A stretch of DNA of 64,000 nucleotides from an uncultured delta proteobacterium (GTDB lineage: Bacteria > Desulfobacterota > Binatia > UBA9968). The notes beneath the pieces are model-generated. The model worked only from the letters and a program-made list of their open reading frames with translations, ran no database searches and had not been told where the DNA came from. The stretch is from contig CAVXEP010000015.1 in NCBI GenBank assembly GCA_963760795.1, positions 106,239 to 170,238 on the forward strand. Reading direction: 5' to 3'. Every line of letters starts with the position of its first letter. Position 1 is the stretch's first letter. Shown piece by piece: positions 10,240 to 20,045 of the stretch. Made by a program: the position numbers and the translations under genes.

Positions 10240-10875
10240 CTACGGTTTGTAGATAACGATCCGCAAATCCCTCCCCCGCCCGCCTTCCGGACAAGCGCTG
10301 ATGGCGACCAAGCAGTCCATTTCCGAGCGGAAGTCGACCCTATCGCCCTCCGGCCGCGGCCGGGTCATCGAGTAGCGCATGCTGCCGCTCTTGGCGTTGA
10401 TCACCATGGTTTGAAACACGTTGAGCGGGCTCGGCACATCTTCTTTCGCCACGCCGTGGGGCTTGAGCGCCTTGGCAAGATTCTCCCAGCAGCCATGCTT
10501 GGGCGCGACGACTTTTTTTCTACCCAATTTTTTCCACACGCCGCCGTAAATTTTGAAAATCTCCTCGCCCCATTTCTTGTAGAAAGACGTGCTGCACATG
10601 CCTTTCTCCATATCATGGCTGCCTTTGTAGGTGTCTTTGACGATGGTCTGCATGACGTTGTTGAATTTGGAAATGAGCACGTCGCCAGTCGACACGTAAA
10701 TTTTCCCCTGGTCGACCTTGGTCCGCGCCTGATCGAATCGCTCTTTGACGTTGTGCAGATTGAACACGGTGTAGTCGGCGGTCGAATGCCCCATCACGCT
10801 AATGATCCGGCCTTTCTTGACGGCAAAGGTCGCGCCGCTATTGCTCTTAATGATCGACTCACTGACGATTTTCAC
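10240..10875 (-). CDS. Urea carboxylase-associated family protein (DUF1989)
   Basis: GDVLIS, IVKDT..HD...MC, HGCWENL, PLNVF, EMDCLVAISACP. Confidence 0.85.
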   Translation of the reverse strand: MKIVSESIIKSNSGATFAVKKGRIISVMGHSTADYTVFNLHNVKERFDQARTKVDQGKIYVSTGDVLISKFNNVMQTIVKDTYKGSHDMEKGMCSTSFYKKWGEEIFKIYGGVWKKLGRKKVVAPKHGCWENLAKALKPHGVAKEDVPSPLNVFQTMVINAKSGSMRYSMTRPRPEGDRVDFRSEMDCLVAISACPEGGRGRDLRIVIYKP

Positions 10876-11022
10876 GCTCGCCTCCTCGGTGAAACGAAAA
10901 TAATTTTTTGTAAGTTACCGACTGGTCCCGTCAAAAGCAAGTTAATCCCGCGCCGCGCTGGCAGTTTGATTGACTCTACCGTGGGCTCGTGGATAAATAC
11001 GCGGCAAGTTGAGCGCAAACCC

Positions 11023-11857
11023 ATGAGCGATCCATCGGCAATCAACCCGTCATCCTCATCCGTCATCCAGGTCGAGAACGTTTCCAAAACCTTTCAGACT
11101 TCCGACGAAGACAAAATCGCCGCTCTCGAAAACATCTCACTCGAAATTCATCCCGGCGAGTTTGTCACCGTGGTCGGCCCGAGCGGTTGCGGCAAGTCGA
11201 CTTTGATAAAATTAATCGCCGGCCTGGTCGGTTTGAGCGCCGGGCGGATTATCTGCCAGGGCGAAGAAGTGCGCGGTCTGAATACCAAGGTCGGCTACGT
11301 GCCGCAGGAAAGTAAACTGTTCCCCTGGCTCACCGTGGAAGAAAATGTCGCCTTCGGCCTCGACAGCAAAGGCTATTCGAAAGAAGAGCGCACGCGAGCG
11401 AGTGCGCCATTACATTCAACTGGCCGGGCTGGCGGGTTTTGAGAAACGTTATCCCTCGCAGCTCTCCGGCGGCATGGCCAAGCGCGCCTCCATCGTCCGC
11501 GCGCTCGCCTACGATCCCACGGTGATATTGATGGACGAACCCTTCGGCCCGCTGGACGCCCAGACGCGCATGATCCTGCAAGACGAGCTGTTAAAAATCT
11601 GGGAGCAAAAGCGCCAAACGATCATCTTCGTGACGCACGATCTCGTCGAAGCCGTGGCGCTGGCCGACCGCGTCGTGGTGCTGACGCACCGGCCGGGAAA
11701 AATCCGCGACGTCATCACCGTGGCGATGCGCCGGCCGCGCAATATTTTCGAAATCCACCGGCAAGATGGTTTTGACGAAGCCCATGCCCGGCTATGGAAT
11801 ATTTTCCGCCATGAGCTCAATGTGCGGGATAACGGCGCCAACCCGACAACTGAATAG
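11023..11857 (+). CDS. ABC transporter ATP-binding protein (one frameshift near 11395, probable assembly indel)
   Basis: GPSGCGKST in one frame; LSGGMAKR and ILMDEPF in the next. Confidence 0.9.
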
Positions 11858-11861
11858 TGAC

Positions 11862-12698
11862 ATGAGCACCGATCGACAATCCCAAGTCCGCCGCACGCCG
11901 ACACTGTCACAGCCTGGCTGGCGCCGGAACTTAATGATTCACGCCATTCGCATCTTCGTCGTCGGCGGTTTCTTCCTGCTCTGGGAAGTCGCCTCGGGCC
12001 GCTGGATCGAAGCGTTCTTGATCAGCAGCCCGAGCAAGATCTGGAAGGCGTTTTTGCAGGCCTTTCAATCCGGCGATCTGATCAATAATACCTGGGTGAC
12101 CTTTCAGGAGATCGGCATCGGCTTTCCCATCGGCGCCTTGACCGGCATCTGGACCGGCTATATTTTCGGCAGGAGCAAAGCGTTGGCTGAGATCTTCGAG
12201 CCAATCATCATCGCGCTCTACGGCGTGCCGCGCACGGCGCTGGCGCCGCTGTTCATCGTCTGGTTAGGCATCGGCATCTGGTCCAAGGTCGGCGTCGTCT
12301 TCATCCTGGTTTTCTTTCTGAATTTTTTTAACACCTACGCCGGCATGAAACAGCTCGATCAAGAGTTCGTCGATCTGGCGCGGCTGATGGGCGCCAACCG
12401 CTGGCGCTTGTCCTTTCGCGTCATCCTGCCGGCGGTGTCGCCGTACATTATCACCGGCTTCAAAACCAGCATCCCGTTCTCGGTCATCGGCGCCATCACC
12501 GGCGAATTCATCGCCGCCACCGAAGGGCTGGGCTATTACATCCGCGCCGCCGCCGGTGTGTTTAGAACCGCCGACGTGTTTGTCGGCATCGCCGTCTTGA
12601 TGATAATCGTGATCCTAATGAACAAAGTTGCCGATCTGATCGAACGGCGCGTGTTGCGCTGGCAGACTCAGACCGAAAGCGTCCAGGTCCAAGGATAA
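11862..12698 (+). CDS. ABC transporter permease
   Basis: PRTALAPLFIVWLGIG, LARLMGA, VILPAVSP. Confidence 0.92.
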   Translation: MSTDRQSQVRRTPTLSQPGWRRNLMIHAIRIFVVGGFFLLWEVASGRWIEAFLISSPSKIWKAFLQAFQSGDLINNTWVTFQEIGIGFPIGALTGIWTGYIFGRSKALAEIFEPIIIALYGVPRTALAPLFIVWLGIGIWSKVGVVFILVFFLNFFNTYAGMKQLDQEFVDLARLMGANRWRLSFRVILPAVSPYIITGFKTSIPFSVIGAITGEFIAATEGLGYYIRAAAGVFRTADVFVGIAVLMIIVILMNKVADLIERRVLRWQTQTESVQVQG

Positions 12699-12708
12699 GG
12701 AGGTTTCG

Positions 12709-13746
12709 ATGAATAAAAAGCTATGCGCGCTGGCCATCGCCGTCATGGCCTGGGACGCCGTCCCCGTCGGCGCTCAGCAAAAAGAAGAAATTACTATCAC
12801 CACGGCGGTTTCCAACCTGGCTTTCTCGGCGGTCTGGGTCGCCGAGCAATTGAAATATTTCGACCAGGAGGGCGTGCGCGCCAAAGTCGTCGCCGCCGGC
12901 GGCGGCTCGCAATGCCAGAGCGCGGTGGTCGGCCGTTCGGCGCAGTTCTGCGCCTCGTCGTCGGAAGGTTTGATCCTTGCCTACGCCGAAGGCGCGCCGT
13001 TGATCGCCGTGCAGTCGCATAACCGTAACATGACCCTCACAGTCGGCGTGCGCAAAGCGATCGTCGATAAATTAAAGCTCACGCGCAAAAGTCCGCTGCA
13101 GGAGCGCATGCAGGTGGTGACTCACCTTGGCACCATCGGCACCACCGGCCCCGGCGCGGTGTCGGAGCAAATCTTTCGCTTCATGGCCAACAAGGCCAAA
13201 GGCGCCGACCCGAGCAAGTTAAAATTCGCCGCCCTCGGCGGCAATGAACTGGTGCCGGCGCTGATGAACAACGTCATCGATGGCTTCGCCCAATCACCGC
13301 CATCGGTGGAGATCACCGAAGCCGCCGGCAAAGGCTACGCGCTGATCCCGTTGGGGCTCGGCGAGATAGCGGAATTCACCGACTATCACTACGAAGTCTT
13401 GATGGCCCGCCCCGACTACGCCGAGGCCAACCGCGCCACCACCACCGCGGTATCCCGCGCGATCTCCCGCGCCGGCGCGCTCTACCACAGCAAACCCAAT
13501 GAGTTCAAAGCCGCCCTGCGCGCCCATAAATTTTCCGACAAATCGAAGCTGGAAGACGATGTTTTCAACCTGGCCTACAGCATGGTCGCCCCGGCGATGC
13601 CCAAGTGGGGCAATATGACCGTCGAAGGGTGGAACAAGGTCATCAACTTCGCCGCCGGCGCCGGCATGTTGAAAGACCGCGCGAAGATCCCGACAGCCAC
13701 CGAAGGATTGTTGTGGACCAACAAATTCATTGGCAAAGCGCCGTAG
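12709..13746 (+). CDS. ABC transporter substrate-binding protein
   Basis: Strong RBS (taaggagg), signal peptide, YFDQEGV; operon context. Confidence 0.88.
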   Translation: MNKKLCALAIAVMAWDAVPVGAQQKEEITITTAVSNLAFSAVWVAEQLKYFDQEGVRAKVVAAGGGSQCQSAVVGRSAQFCASSSEGLILAYAEGAPLIAVQSHNRNMTLTVGVRKAIVDKLKLTRKSPLQERMQVVTHLGTIGTTGPGAVSEQIFRFMANKAKGADPSKLKFAALGGNELVPALMNNVIDGFAQSPPSVEITEAAGKGYALIPLGLGEIAEFTDYHYEVLMARPDYAEANRATTTAVSRAISRAGALYHSKPNEFKAALRAHKFSDKSKLEDDVFNLAYSMVAPAMPKWGNMTVEGWNKVINFAAGAGMLKDRAKIPTATEGLLWTNKFIGKAP

Positions 13747-13762
13747 CCTCGCGGCGCTCGGC

Positions 13763-13959
13763 CTTCCAGATTACAAATTCAAAATTCCATATTAGGAGAC
13801 CGCGGCCGTGCGATCCGGCAATCTGGAATATGGAATTTGCAATTTGGCATTCGTTGAGCGCCGGCAAAATTTCAAATTACAGATTCCAAATTCCAGATTG
13901 GGAATTTGCCACTGATCGCAGCCCGGCTATTGAATCTGGAATTTGTAATCGGGAATTCG
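13763..13959. repeat. Two tandem inverted heptamer-repeat elements
   Basis: ttccagattacaaattcaaaattccatatt...atctggaatatggaatttgcaattt followed by aatttcaaattacagattccaaattccagatt...aatctggaatttgtaatcgggaatt. Confidence 0.85.
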
Positions 13960-13974
13960 CTGAGCGCGCAGCGC

Positions 13975-14649
13975 TCAGCGATACCCCATCGCCGCCAGGA
14001 ATTGTTTCAGCGAGCCAAATCTTAAATAGGGATTGGTCTTCTTCTGCTCGCCGATGGTGGCTTGCTTGAGCGCCGCATAGTTGTGGCCGGGGAACAGAAT
14101 CGTGTCTTCCGGCAGCGCCATCAGCTTTTGCGTCAGGCTGTAATACATCTGCTCGGCGTTGCCGCCGGGGAAATCCACGCGGCCGCAGGCGTCGATGAAC
14201 ATCGTGTCGCCCGAAACCACCCGCCCATCGACCAAAAAGCACTGCGAACCGGGCGTGTGGCCGGGGGTGTGCATGAGTTCGATCTCGATACCGCCGACGT
14301 CGATCTTGTCGCCGTGATCGGTTTTAACCAGGTCCGACGCTACCAAGCCTTTGAGAAACTCCGCCTCGGCCTTATGCACCACCACTTTGGCTTTGCACTT
14401 CTCCAACAATTCACTCACGCCGGCGATCTCGACGCCGGCGAACGCGCCGCCGACATGATCCGGGTGGGTGTGGGTGACGAAAGCGTGAGTAATCTCCATG
14501 TCGTCCTGGGCCGCGGTTTTGACAATCGTGTCGATCTCCCACGCCGCATCGACCACCGCGACTTTGCGGGTCTCGGTGGAACCGATGAGATAGACGTAGT
14601 TCTGCATCGGGCCGATTTCGAGCTGTTTAAAATAAAGCGAAGGATTCAT
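13975..14649 (-). CDS. MBL-fold metallohydrolase (glyoxalase II / persulfide dioxygenase-like)
   Basis: THTHPDH, HTPGHTPG, SGDTMF, CGRVDFPGG, FPGHNY. Confidence 0.92.
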   Translation of the reverse strand: MNPSLYFKQLEIGPMQNYVYLIGSTETRKVAVVDAAWEIDTIVKTAAQDDMEITHAFVTHTHPDHVGGAFAGVEIAGVSELLEKCKAKVVVHKAEAEFLKGLVASDLVKTDHGDKIDVGGIEIELMHTPGHTPGSQCFLVDGRVVSGDTMFIDACGRVDFPGGNAEQMYYSLTQKLMALPEDTILFPGHNYAALKQATIGEQKKTNPYLRFGSLKQFLAAMGYR

Positions 14650-14711
14650 GAGAGCACTGTAGCAATGGCTGCGGAATTTGTAATGTGAAATTTGCTATAT
14701 GGAATTCGCTT

Positions 14712-15158
14712 TCAGCGTCCTTTCGCTGAAAGCGATTGGTAGCTAACCCCGTCGCCATTATCACTACTCACCGGCAGCCCCGACGCCGACCAGCCCGGCG
14801 CGATGACCGTTCCAGATTGGTCGCGCATGCCGCCGAAGCCGCCGAGTAAGTTGGAAATGTCCTGATAACCGGCTTCTAACAGCATACCCGCCGCCCTAGT
14901 GGAGCGCGGACCTGCCTGGCAACCGACGATGATTTTCTTGTCTTTGGCAAAGTTTTTATCGACGACGTTGACGAAGTTCTCATTCAACACCATGCCGCGC
15001 GCCGGATCGGCAAACGCCACGGGAATATTCACCGCGCCGGCCGGATGGCCATTGGCAAACTCCTGCGCCGTGCGCACGTCGATGTAGACGACGCTCTTAT
15101 CGGCGCTTAGAGTTTCGTGCGCCTGTTGTGGTGTGATCTCTTTGATCGCCATAGTCAT
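14712..15158 (-). CDS. Rhodanese-like sulfurtransferase
   Basis: IDVRTAQEFANGHPAGAVNIP, active loop CQAGPRS, LLGG. Confidence 0.92.
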   Translation of the reverse strand: MTMAIKEITPQQAHETLSADKSVVYIDVRTAQEFANGHPAGAVNIPVAFADPARGMVLNENFVNVVDKNFAKDKKIIVGCQAGPRSTRAAGMLLEAGYQDISNLLGGFGGMRDQSGTVIAPGWSASGLPVSSDNGDGVSYQSLSAKGR

Positions 15159-15218
15159 AATCCATTTCCAAGTTCGTTGAACTTTGAACCTTGAACGTTG
15201 AACCGCGCGGTGCGCGCG

Positions 15219-15990
15219 CTACATCCCCATAATATTGTAGCCGGCGTCGACATGCACGACTTCGCCGGTCACGGCGCTGCCCCAGTCGCTGCATAGATAT
15301 AGCGCGGTTTTGCCGACTTCTTCGGCGTCGATGTTGCGCTTCAGCGGCGCGCGCTCGGCGACGTGGTGCAGCATGGATTTGAAGTCGGAAATGCCAGCCG
15401 CCGCAAGGGTTCGCAGCGGCCCGGCGGATATCGCGTTGACGCGAATGCCCTTTCGGTCCGAGATCATGGGCCAGATAACGCACGCTCGCTTCCAACGCGG
15501 CTTTGGCTACGCCCATGACATTGTAGTTGGGAATGACTTTTTCCGAACCCATGTAGGTCAGCGTCAAGACCGCACCGTTGCGCCCTTCCATCAGCGGCGC
15601 GGCGTGGCGCGTCAGTGAAACCAGTGAATAGGCGCTGACATCCATCGCCAGATGAAATCCCGCCCGGCTGGTCTGCACATAGGGATTGGCCAGGTCTTCT
15701 TTATTAGCGAAGGCGATGGCGTGGATCAAGATGTCGAGACCGCCCCATTCCTGCTTGAGCGTCGCGAAAACTTTCTCGACCTCTTCGTCCTTGGTCACGT
15801 CGCAGGGCAAGATAATTTTCGCGCCGATTCCCTCGGCCAACGGCCGCACGCGCTTCTCCAAAATCTCGCCGGCGAAGGTAAAGGCCAACTCCGCCCCCTC
15901 GGCATGAAACGCCTCCGCGATCGCCCAAGCGATGCTCCGCTCATTGGCCACGCCAAAGATCGCCGCCTTTTTCCCCTCCAACAGTTTCAT
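15219..15990 (-). CDS. fabI: Enoyl-ACP reductase (frameshift near 15455, probable assembly indel)
   Basis: GVANERSIAWAIA, DVSAYS, YNVMGVAKAALE, then IRVNAISAGPLRTLAA and TGEVVHVDAG. Confidence 0.95.
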
Positions 15991-16007
15991 GAACGCCTCC
16001 CCGCCTA

Positions 16008-16038
16008 TTTTGGATTTTGGATTTTCGATTTTAGATTG
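16008..16038. repeat. Heptamer tandem repeat (TTTTGGA family)
   Basis: ttttggattttggattttcgattttagatt; family also at 17122-17249 and 58151-58348. Confidence 0.8.
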
Positions 16039-16145
16039 TCGGACAGAGAATCCAGAACTCGGAGCCAAGAATTTTCATCCACGCGTGTACTTCCTAATCC
16101 AAATCCGTCCGAGTCGCCTTACTCCTCACTATTCACTCCTAACAG

Positions 16146-17117
16146 TCACCTGATGATTCTACTCGCCCGCGCCAACACTTCGGGTGGTATCGTCATGCCG
16201 AGCTGCTTTGCCGTCTTCAGGTTGATGACCAAATCGAACTTCTTGGGCCGTTCCACGGGTATGTCAGCGGGTTTTGTCCCTTTGAGAATCATATCGACGA
16301 TCTCAGCGGCGCGCCGAAACATCTCTGCACGATCCTCCCCGTAAGACATCAATCCACCTGCCTCAACAAACCGCTCGACAATATACATTGCTGGAAGCCG
16401 ATTCTTTGTCGCCAGATCTATGATCCGTTTCTCGTGAAAGGCGAAGAACCCGCCGCCTCCCAGCATAAGCGCCTGAGCCCGCTTTTTGGTTGCGGCTTGA
16501 AATGCCCCTTCGAAGTCGTCAGGCCCTTTCACCTCTATGGATTGAAGCCCTATCCGTAAAAACCGAGCTACAGGCTCCACCTCCTTCAACTCATCGTCCG
16601 CGTTGGGATTGGTCGGACTCCAGAGAAAAGCCACTCGCGCGAGCTTGGGAACCGTTTCTTTTAATAGCTCGAGCCGTTTGCCGTATAGCTCGGCGCCAGC
16701 ATTGGTCATCCCCGTTATGTTTCCACCCGGATGCGCGAGGTCGGCGACAATACCACGCCTTACGGCATCCGCGCCGAATGCCATGACAACGGGGATCGTC
16801 TTGATCACGTCCTTGGCAGTCTGCGCCGCTTCAGTTCCTTGGGTAACGATGACACCACAGTTGAGACGGACGAACTCGGCGGCAAAGTTTTGGAGGCGGT
16901 CAACATTGCCCTCCCAATACCGATAATCGATTGTGAGGTTCTGCCCCTCGACATAGCCGAGCTCCCGTAAACGTTGTTGAAATGGCTTTATGATTTCCGC
17001 TGTAGCAGAAACGGTGTTCCCTAGATAACATACGCGTGCAACTTTCTTAGGGTGCTGCGCGTCGACCATTACCATCACCACAGCGCAAGACGTGATAGCG
17101 ATCGGCGACAAGCCCAA
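16146..17117 (-). CDS. ABC_sub_bind-type substrate-binding protein (orphan, no permease adjacent)
   Basis: LRELGYVEGQN, LAHPGGNITG, KRLELLKE, GGLMSYG, KPADIPVERPKKFDLVINLKTAK; the true N-terminus probably lies further upstream. Confidence 0.9.
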   Translation of the reverse strand: MGLSPIAITSCAVVMVMVDAQHPKKVARVCYLGNTVSATAEIIKPFQQRLRELGYVEGQNLTIDYRYWEGNVDRLQNFAAEFVRLNCGVIVTQGTEAAQTAKDVIKTIPVVMAFGADAVRRGIVADLAHPGGNITGMTNAGAELYGKRLELLKETVPKLARVAFLWSPTNPNADDELKEVEPVARFLRIGLQSIEVKGPDDFEGAFQAATKKRAQALMLGGGGFFAFHEKRIIDLATKNRLPAMYIVERFVEAGGLMSYGEDRAEMFRRAAEIVDMILKGTKPADIPVERPKKFDLVINLKTAKQLGMTIPPEVLARASRIIR

Positions 17118-17121
17118 CCCA

Positions 17122-17249
17122 TTTTGGATTTTGGTCCGCGTGGCCGCTTTTAGATTTTGGATTACCGGAACAAGAATTCCGGACTGAATTCCAAAGTCTG
17201 TGTGTCATCGATTTGCCCTAGTTCAATCCAAAATCGAAAATCCAAAATT
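17122..17249. repeat. Inverted heptamer-repeat element overlapping the 5' end of the SBP gene
   Basis: ttttggattttgg...ttttagattttggatt ... aatccaaaatcgaaaatccaaaatt. Confidence 0.8.
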
Positions 17250-17288
17250 ACTAGCGCTTCCTCGGCTTTTCTTTTTCCCTTTGCCTTT

Positions 17289-17900
17289 TTACTTTTTACT
17301 TTTGCCTTGGCCGCGCAATCCGCGCTGCCAAAGATACTCCGGTTCGCCCATTTGATGACTGATCCAGCGCGCTAGGACGAAAAACAAATCGCTCAGCCGG
17401 TTAAGATATTTAATCACGTCGTCGTTGATCATTTCCTCGCGCGATAGGCGCAAGACATCCCGTTCGACGCGCCGGCACACCGTGCGGCACTGGTGCAAGT
17501 AGGCGCCGATGCGGCCGCCGCCGGGCAGGATGAAGGACTGCAACGGTTCGAGATCTTTCTGGCACTGGTCGATCCATTTTTCCAGCCGCTTGATTTCATC
17601 CGCGCCGACGCGGTACATGCCCGCTTGGAAAAACTCCGGCGGCGTCGCCAGCTCGCTGCCGATATCGAACAGCTCGTCTTGTATCTGGCACAGGACTTCG
17701 TCGAGAAACCGATGCCCTTCACCCGATTCGCGATCTTCTTCGTTGAAAACCCGCGCCACGCCGACAACCGAGTTCAGCTCATCGACGGCGCCATAGGCCT
17801 CGACCCGCAGCGAGTCCTTGGCGACGCGCTTGCCGCCGACCAGCCCGGTCTCGCCCCGGTCGCCTGTGCGTGTGTAAACTTTAGTGATGCGAACAGCCAT
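17289..17900 (-). CDS. pduO: ATP:cob(I)alamin adenosyltransferase, PduO type
   Basis: KVYTRTGDRGET, AYGAVDELNS, FILPGG, RTVCRRVER, YLNRLSDLFFVLAR. Confidence 0.93.
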   Translation of the reverse strand: MAVRITKVYTRTGDRGETGLVGGKRVAKDSLRVEAYGAVDELNSVVGVARVFNEEDRESGEGHRFLDEVLCQIQDELFDIGSELATPPEFFQAGMYRVGADEIKRLEKWIDQCQKDLEPLQSFILPGGGRIGAYLHQCRTVCRRVERDVLRLSREEMINDDVIKYLNRLSDLFFVLARWISHQMGEPEYLWQRGLRGQGKSKK

Positions 17901-17919
17901 GGATCTCAATTCAATTGAG

Positions 17920-18030
17920 AATGAAAAGTGCAGAATGCAAAATTCAAAATTAAGACAATCGAAACAGCTCCAAATCTATTCCTAAATTTTGCATTCTGCA
18001 TTCTATCTGCACTTTTCATTTTGCATTCTG
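17920..18030. repeat. Inverted heptamer-repeat element (AATGCAR / YTGCATT)
   Basis: aatgaaaagtgcagaatgcaaaattcaaaatt ... aattttgcattctgcattct...ttttcattttgcattctg. Confidence 0.85.
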
Positions 18031-18033
18031 TCT

Positions 18034-19404
18034 TCAGCTCTTCGCCGCCCGCTTGCGCCAGATCAAATAAGCCGGAATGCCCAGGCAAACGATGGCGAGA
18101 CCGATCAGCGAATCTTTCGGTTTTTCGGTCACCGAGCCCCAGACGATCCACAGGTGAACCAGGACAAAGAGTATCGGCACCAGCGGATAGCCCCAGAGCC
18201 GATAGGGCCGTTTGAGTTCCGGCCGCTTGATACGAAGCACGATCACCGAGCCTACCGTGAAAGCGGAGAAAAGTGTGATGACCACGCTGACATAGGTAAA
18301 CAAAGTGCCCCAAGTATTGGTGAGAATCAGCAGACAACACCACAAGGCCTGGAGCAGAATCGCCTTGGTCGGCGTGCCGAAGCTCGGGTGAACGTAGGTG
18401 AGCTGGTGAAAGAAGACACCGTCCTTCGCCATCGCATAATAGATGCGTGGCCCGATCATCGTCACCACGTTGAGCGCGCCGAGAATCGACACCGTGATGA
18501 TTGCGGTGATCCAGGCTGAGGTCTTGTAGCCGAACAGCGCCGTGGTCGCGACTTCCGACATGCGCAGCGCGCCTTTCATCTCGGTCACCGGCACGGCATA
18601 GATATAGACGGCGTTAATCGCCAAGTAGAGCGCGATAACTATAAGCACGCCGTACATCAGCGCCCGTGGCAGGTTCCTATCGGGATCTTCCACTTCGCCG
18701 GCAATGTAGGTCACCGCGTTCCAGCCCGAGTAAGCAAAGATCACCGGAATGAAGGCCGCGCCGAACAAACTTGAGTTGCCGATCTTACTCCAGTCGAACA
18801 GCGGTTGGAAGTGGCTCGTGTTGCCGTTGCCGAAGAATATGCCGAGTAGAATGATCCCCAGGAGCGCGCCGATCTTCAAGATCGTCAAGATATTCTGCGT
18901 CACAGTTCCTTGCCGGACGCCCATACAGTGGAGTCCGGACAAGAGCAACACGACCCCGATGGAAAACAGCGTGCCAATTTTGACGGTGATCGGTATCAAC
19001 GGTAGAGACAGAGAAAAGATCACTTCTTCCGAACCCAAGATAGGGAAAAAGAATGACATAAAGCCGTTCAAGATGACCGAGAGAAATGCGATGGCGCCGG
19101 AAAAAGTTACCAGAAACGAAGACCAGCCGGAGAGAAATCCCATCAGTCTGCCGTAAGCCTCGCGGATGTAAATGTAATCGCCGCCAGCGTAGGGCAGGCT
19201 TGCGGCCAATTCGGCGCAAGTCAGCGCGCCGGCAAGAGCCAGCAAGCCGCCAAAAAGCCAGACGAGCAAGACACCGCCGGGGGACGGCAAGGTCTCCGCG
19301 ATCGCCCCAGTAGAGATAAAAATTCCCGTGCCGATCATATCGCCGGCGATCAGCATCACCGCTGAAAACAACCCGATTTGCCGCTTGAGTTCAGTTTGCG
19401 CCAT
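18034..19404 (-). CDS. APC-family amino acid permease
   Basis: LKRQIGLFSA, MIGTGIF, AELAASLPYAGGDY, FAYSGW, RPYRLWGYP. Confidence 0.94.
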   Translation of the reverse strand: MAQTELKRQIGLFSAVMLIAGDMIGTGIFISTGAIAETLPSPGGVLLVWLFGGLLALAGALTCAELAASLPYAGGDYIYIREAYGRLMGFLSGWSSFLVTFSGAIAFLSVILNGFMSFFFPILGSEEVIFSLSLPLIPITVKIGTLFSIGVVLLLSGLHCMGVRQGTVTQNILTILKIGALLGIILLGIFFGNGNTSHFQPLFDWSKIGNSSLFGAAFIPVIFAYSGWNAVTYIAGEVEDPDRNLPRALMYGVLIVIALYLAINAVYIYAVPVTEMKGALRMSEVATTALFGYKTSAWITAIITVSILGALNVVTMIGPRIYYAMAKDGVFFHQLTYVHPSFGTPTKAILLQALWCCLLILTNTWGTLFTYVSVVITLFSAFTVGSVIVLRIKRPELKRPYRLWGYPLVPILFVLVHLWIVWGSVTEKPKDSLIGLAIVCLGIPAYLIWRKRAAKS

Positions 19405-19509
19405 AGCGATTAGAAATACAGGGAAACGGCAAAACAGGCAACGTCGAATCGTAATTTCTGCAGCGAGAAGCATTCATAAGAACTCGCAACAGACAGAACG
19501 GGGTAGGCC

Positions 19510-19947
19510 TTAGCGACATTTAAGCACGGGCGGTTCGCCCGGTGCTAATTTAGATCGATTTATCTTCCCCTCGGTCGGCGCCACACAGCCGCACCGCCCG
19601 GCAGAAGCCGCATCAGGTTTTTGCACGGTGACGCCTCGGTGGCAAAACAGCTGCAGCAAACGTTTCAGGGTTACATTTTGAGTTTTAGATTGGCGCCGAT
19701 AGAGTGCCGCCAACACTCGTTGGCCGAGCGCTTGTATGTAGTTTCTATCCCCCGCGTAGAGAGTGACCAGGTGGCGGCGATAGCGCAGATTCGTCGGATC
19801 CAATGCCACACAATAACGAGCTTCAGACAGAGCATCCTGCATGCGGCCGTTTTGCGCCAAAAGTTTGCTGAATTGAAACCTGAGCCTTGGTTCAAGCGTC
19901 TTCCAACCTGCGTTACCGCCGATAGACTTGCACTCACGGGATGATAT
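19510..19947 (-). CDS. Hypothetical protein or gene remnant with a TPR-like segment
   Basis: LRFQFSKLLAQNGRMQDALSEARYCVALDPTNLRYRRHLVTLY resembles a TPR motif; start is uncertain. Confidence 0.35.
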   Translation of the reverse strand: MSSRECKSIGGNAGWKTLEPRLRFQFSKLLAQNGRMQDALSEARYCVALDPTNLRYRRHLVTLYAGDRNYIQALGQRVLAALYRRQSKTQNVTLKRLLQLFCHRGVTVQKPDAASAGRCGCVAPTEGKINRSKLAPGEPPVLKCR

Positions 19948-20045
19948 CATCGGGAAACAATGCAATGCCAATCTACTCAACGCAAGTGAAACATGGATCG
20001 GCGCAGTCCAACTCGCTAATATCAAGTAAAAGAGGGCGCTTTATC

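Noticed and set aside
10165-11442. 425-aa ORF appearing to be an ABC ATPase with a long N-terminal extension
   Set aside because: The N-terminal part is antisense to DUF1989; the real start is ATG 11023.
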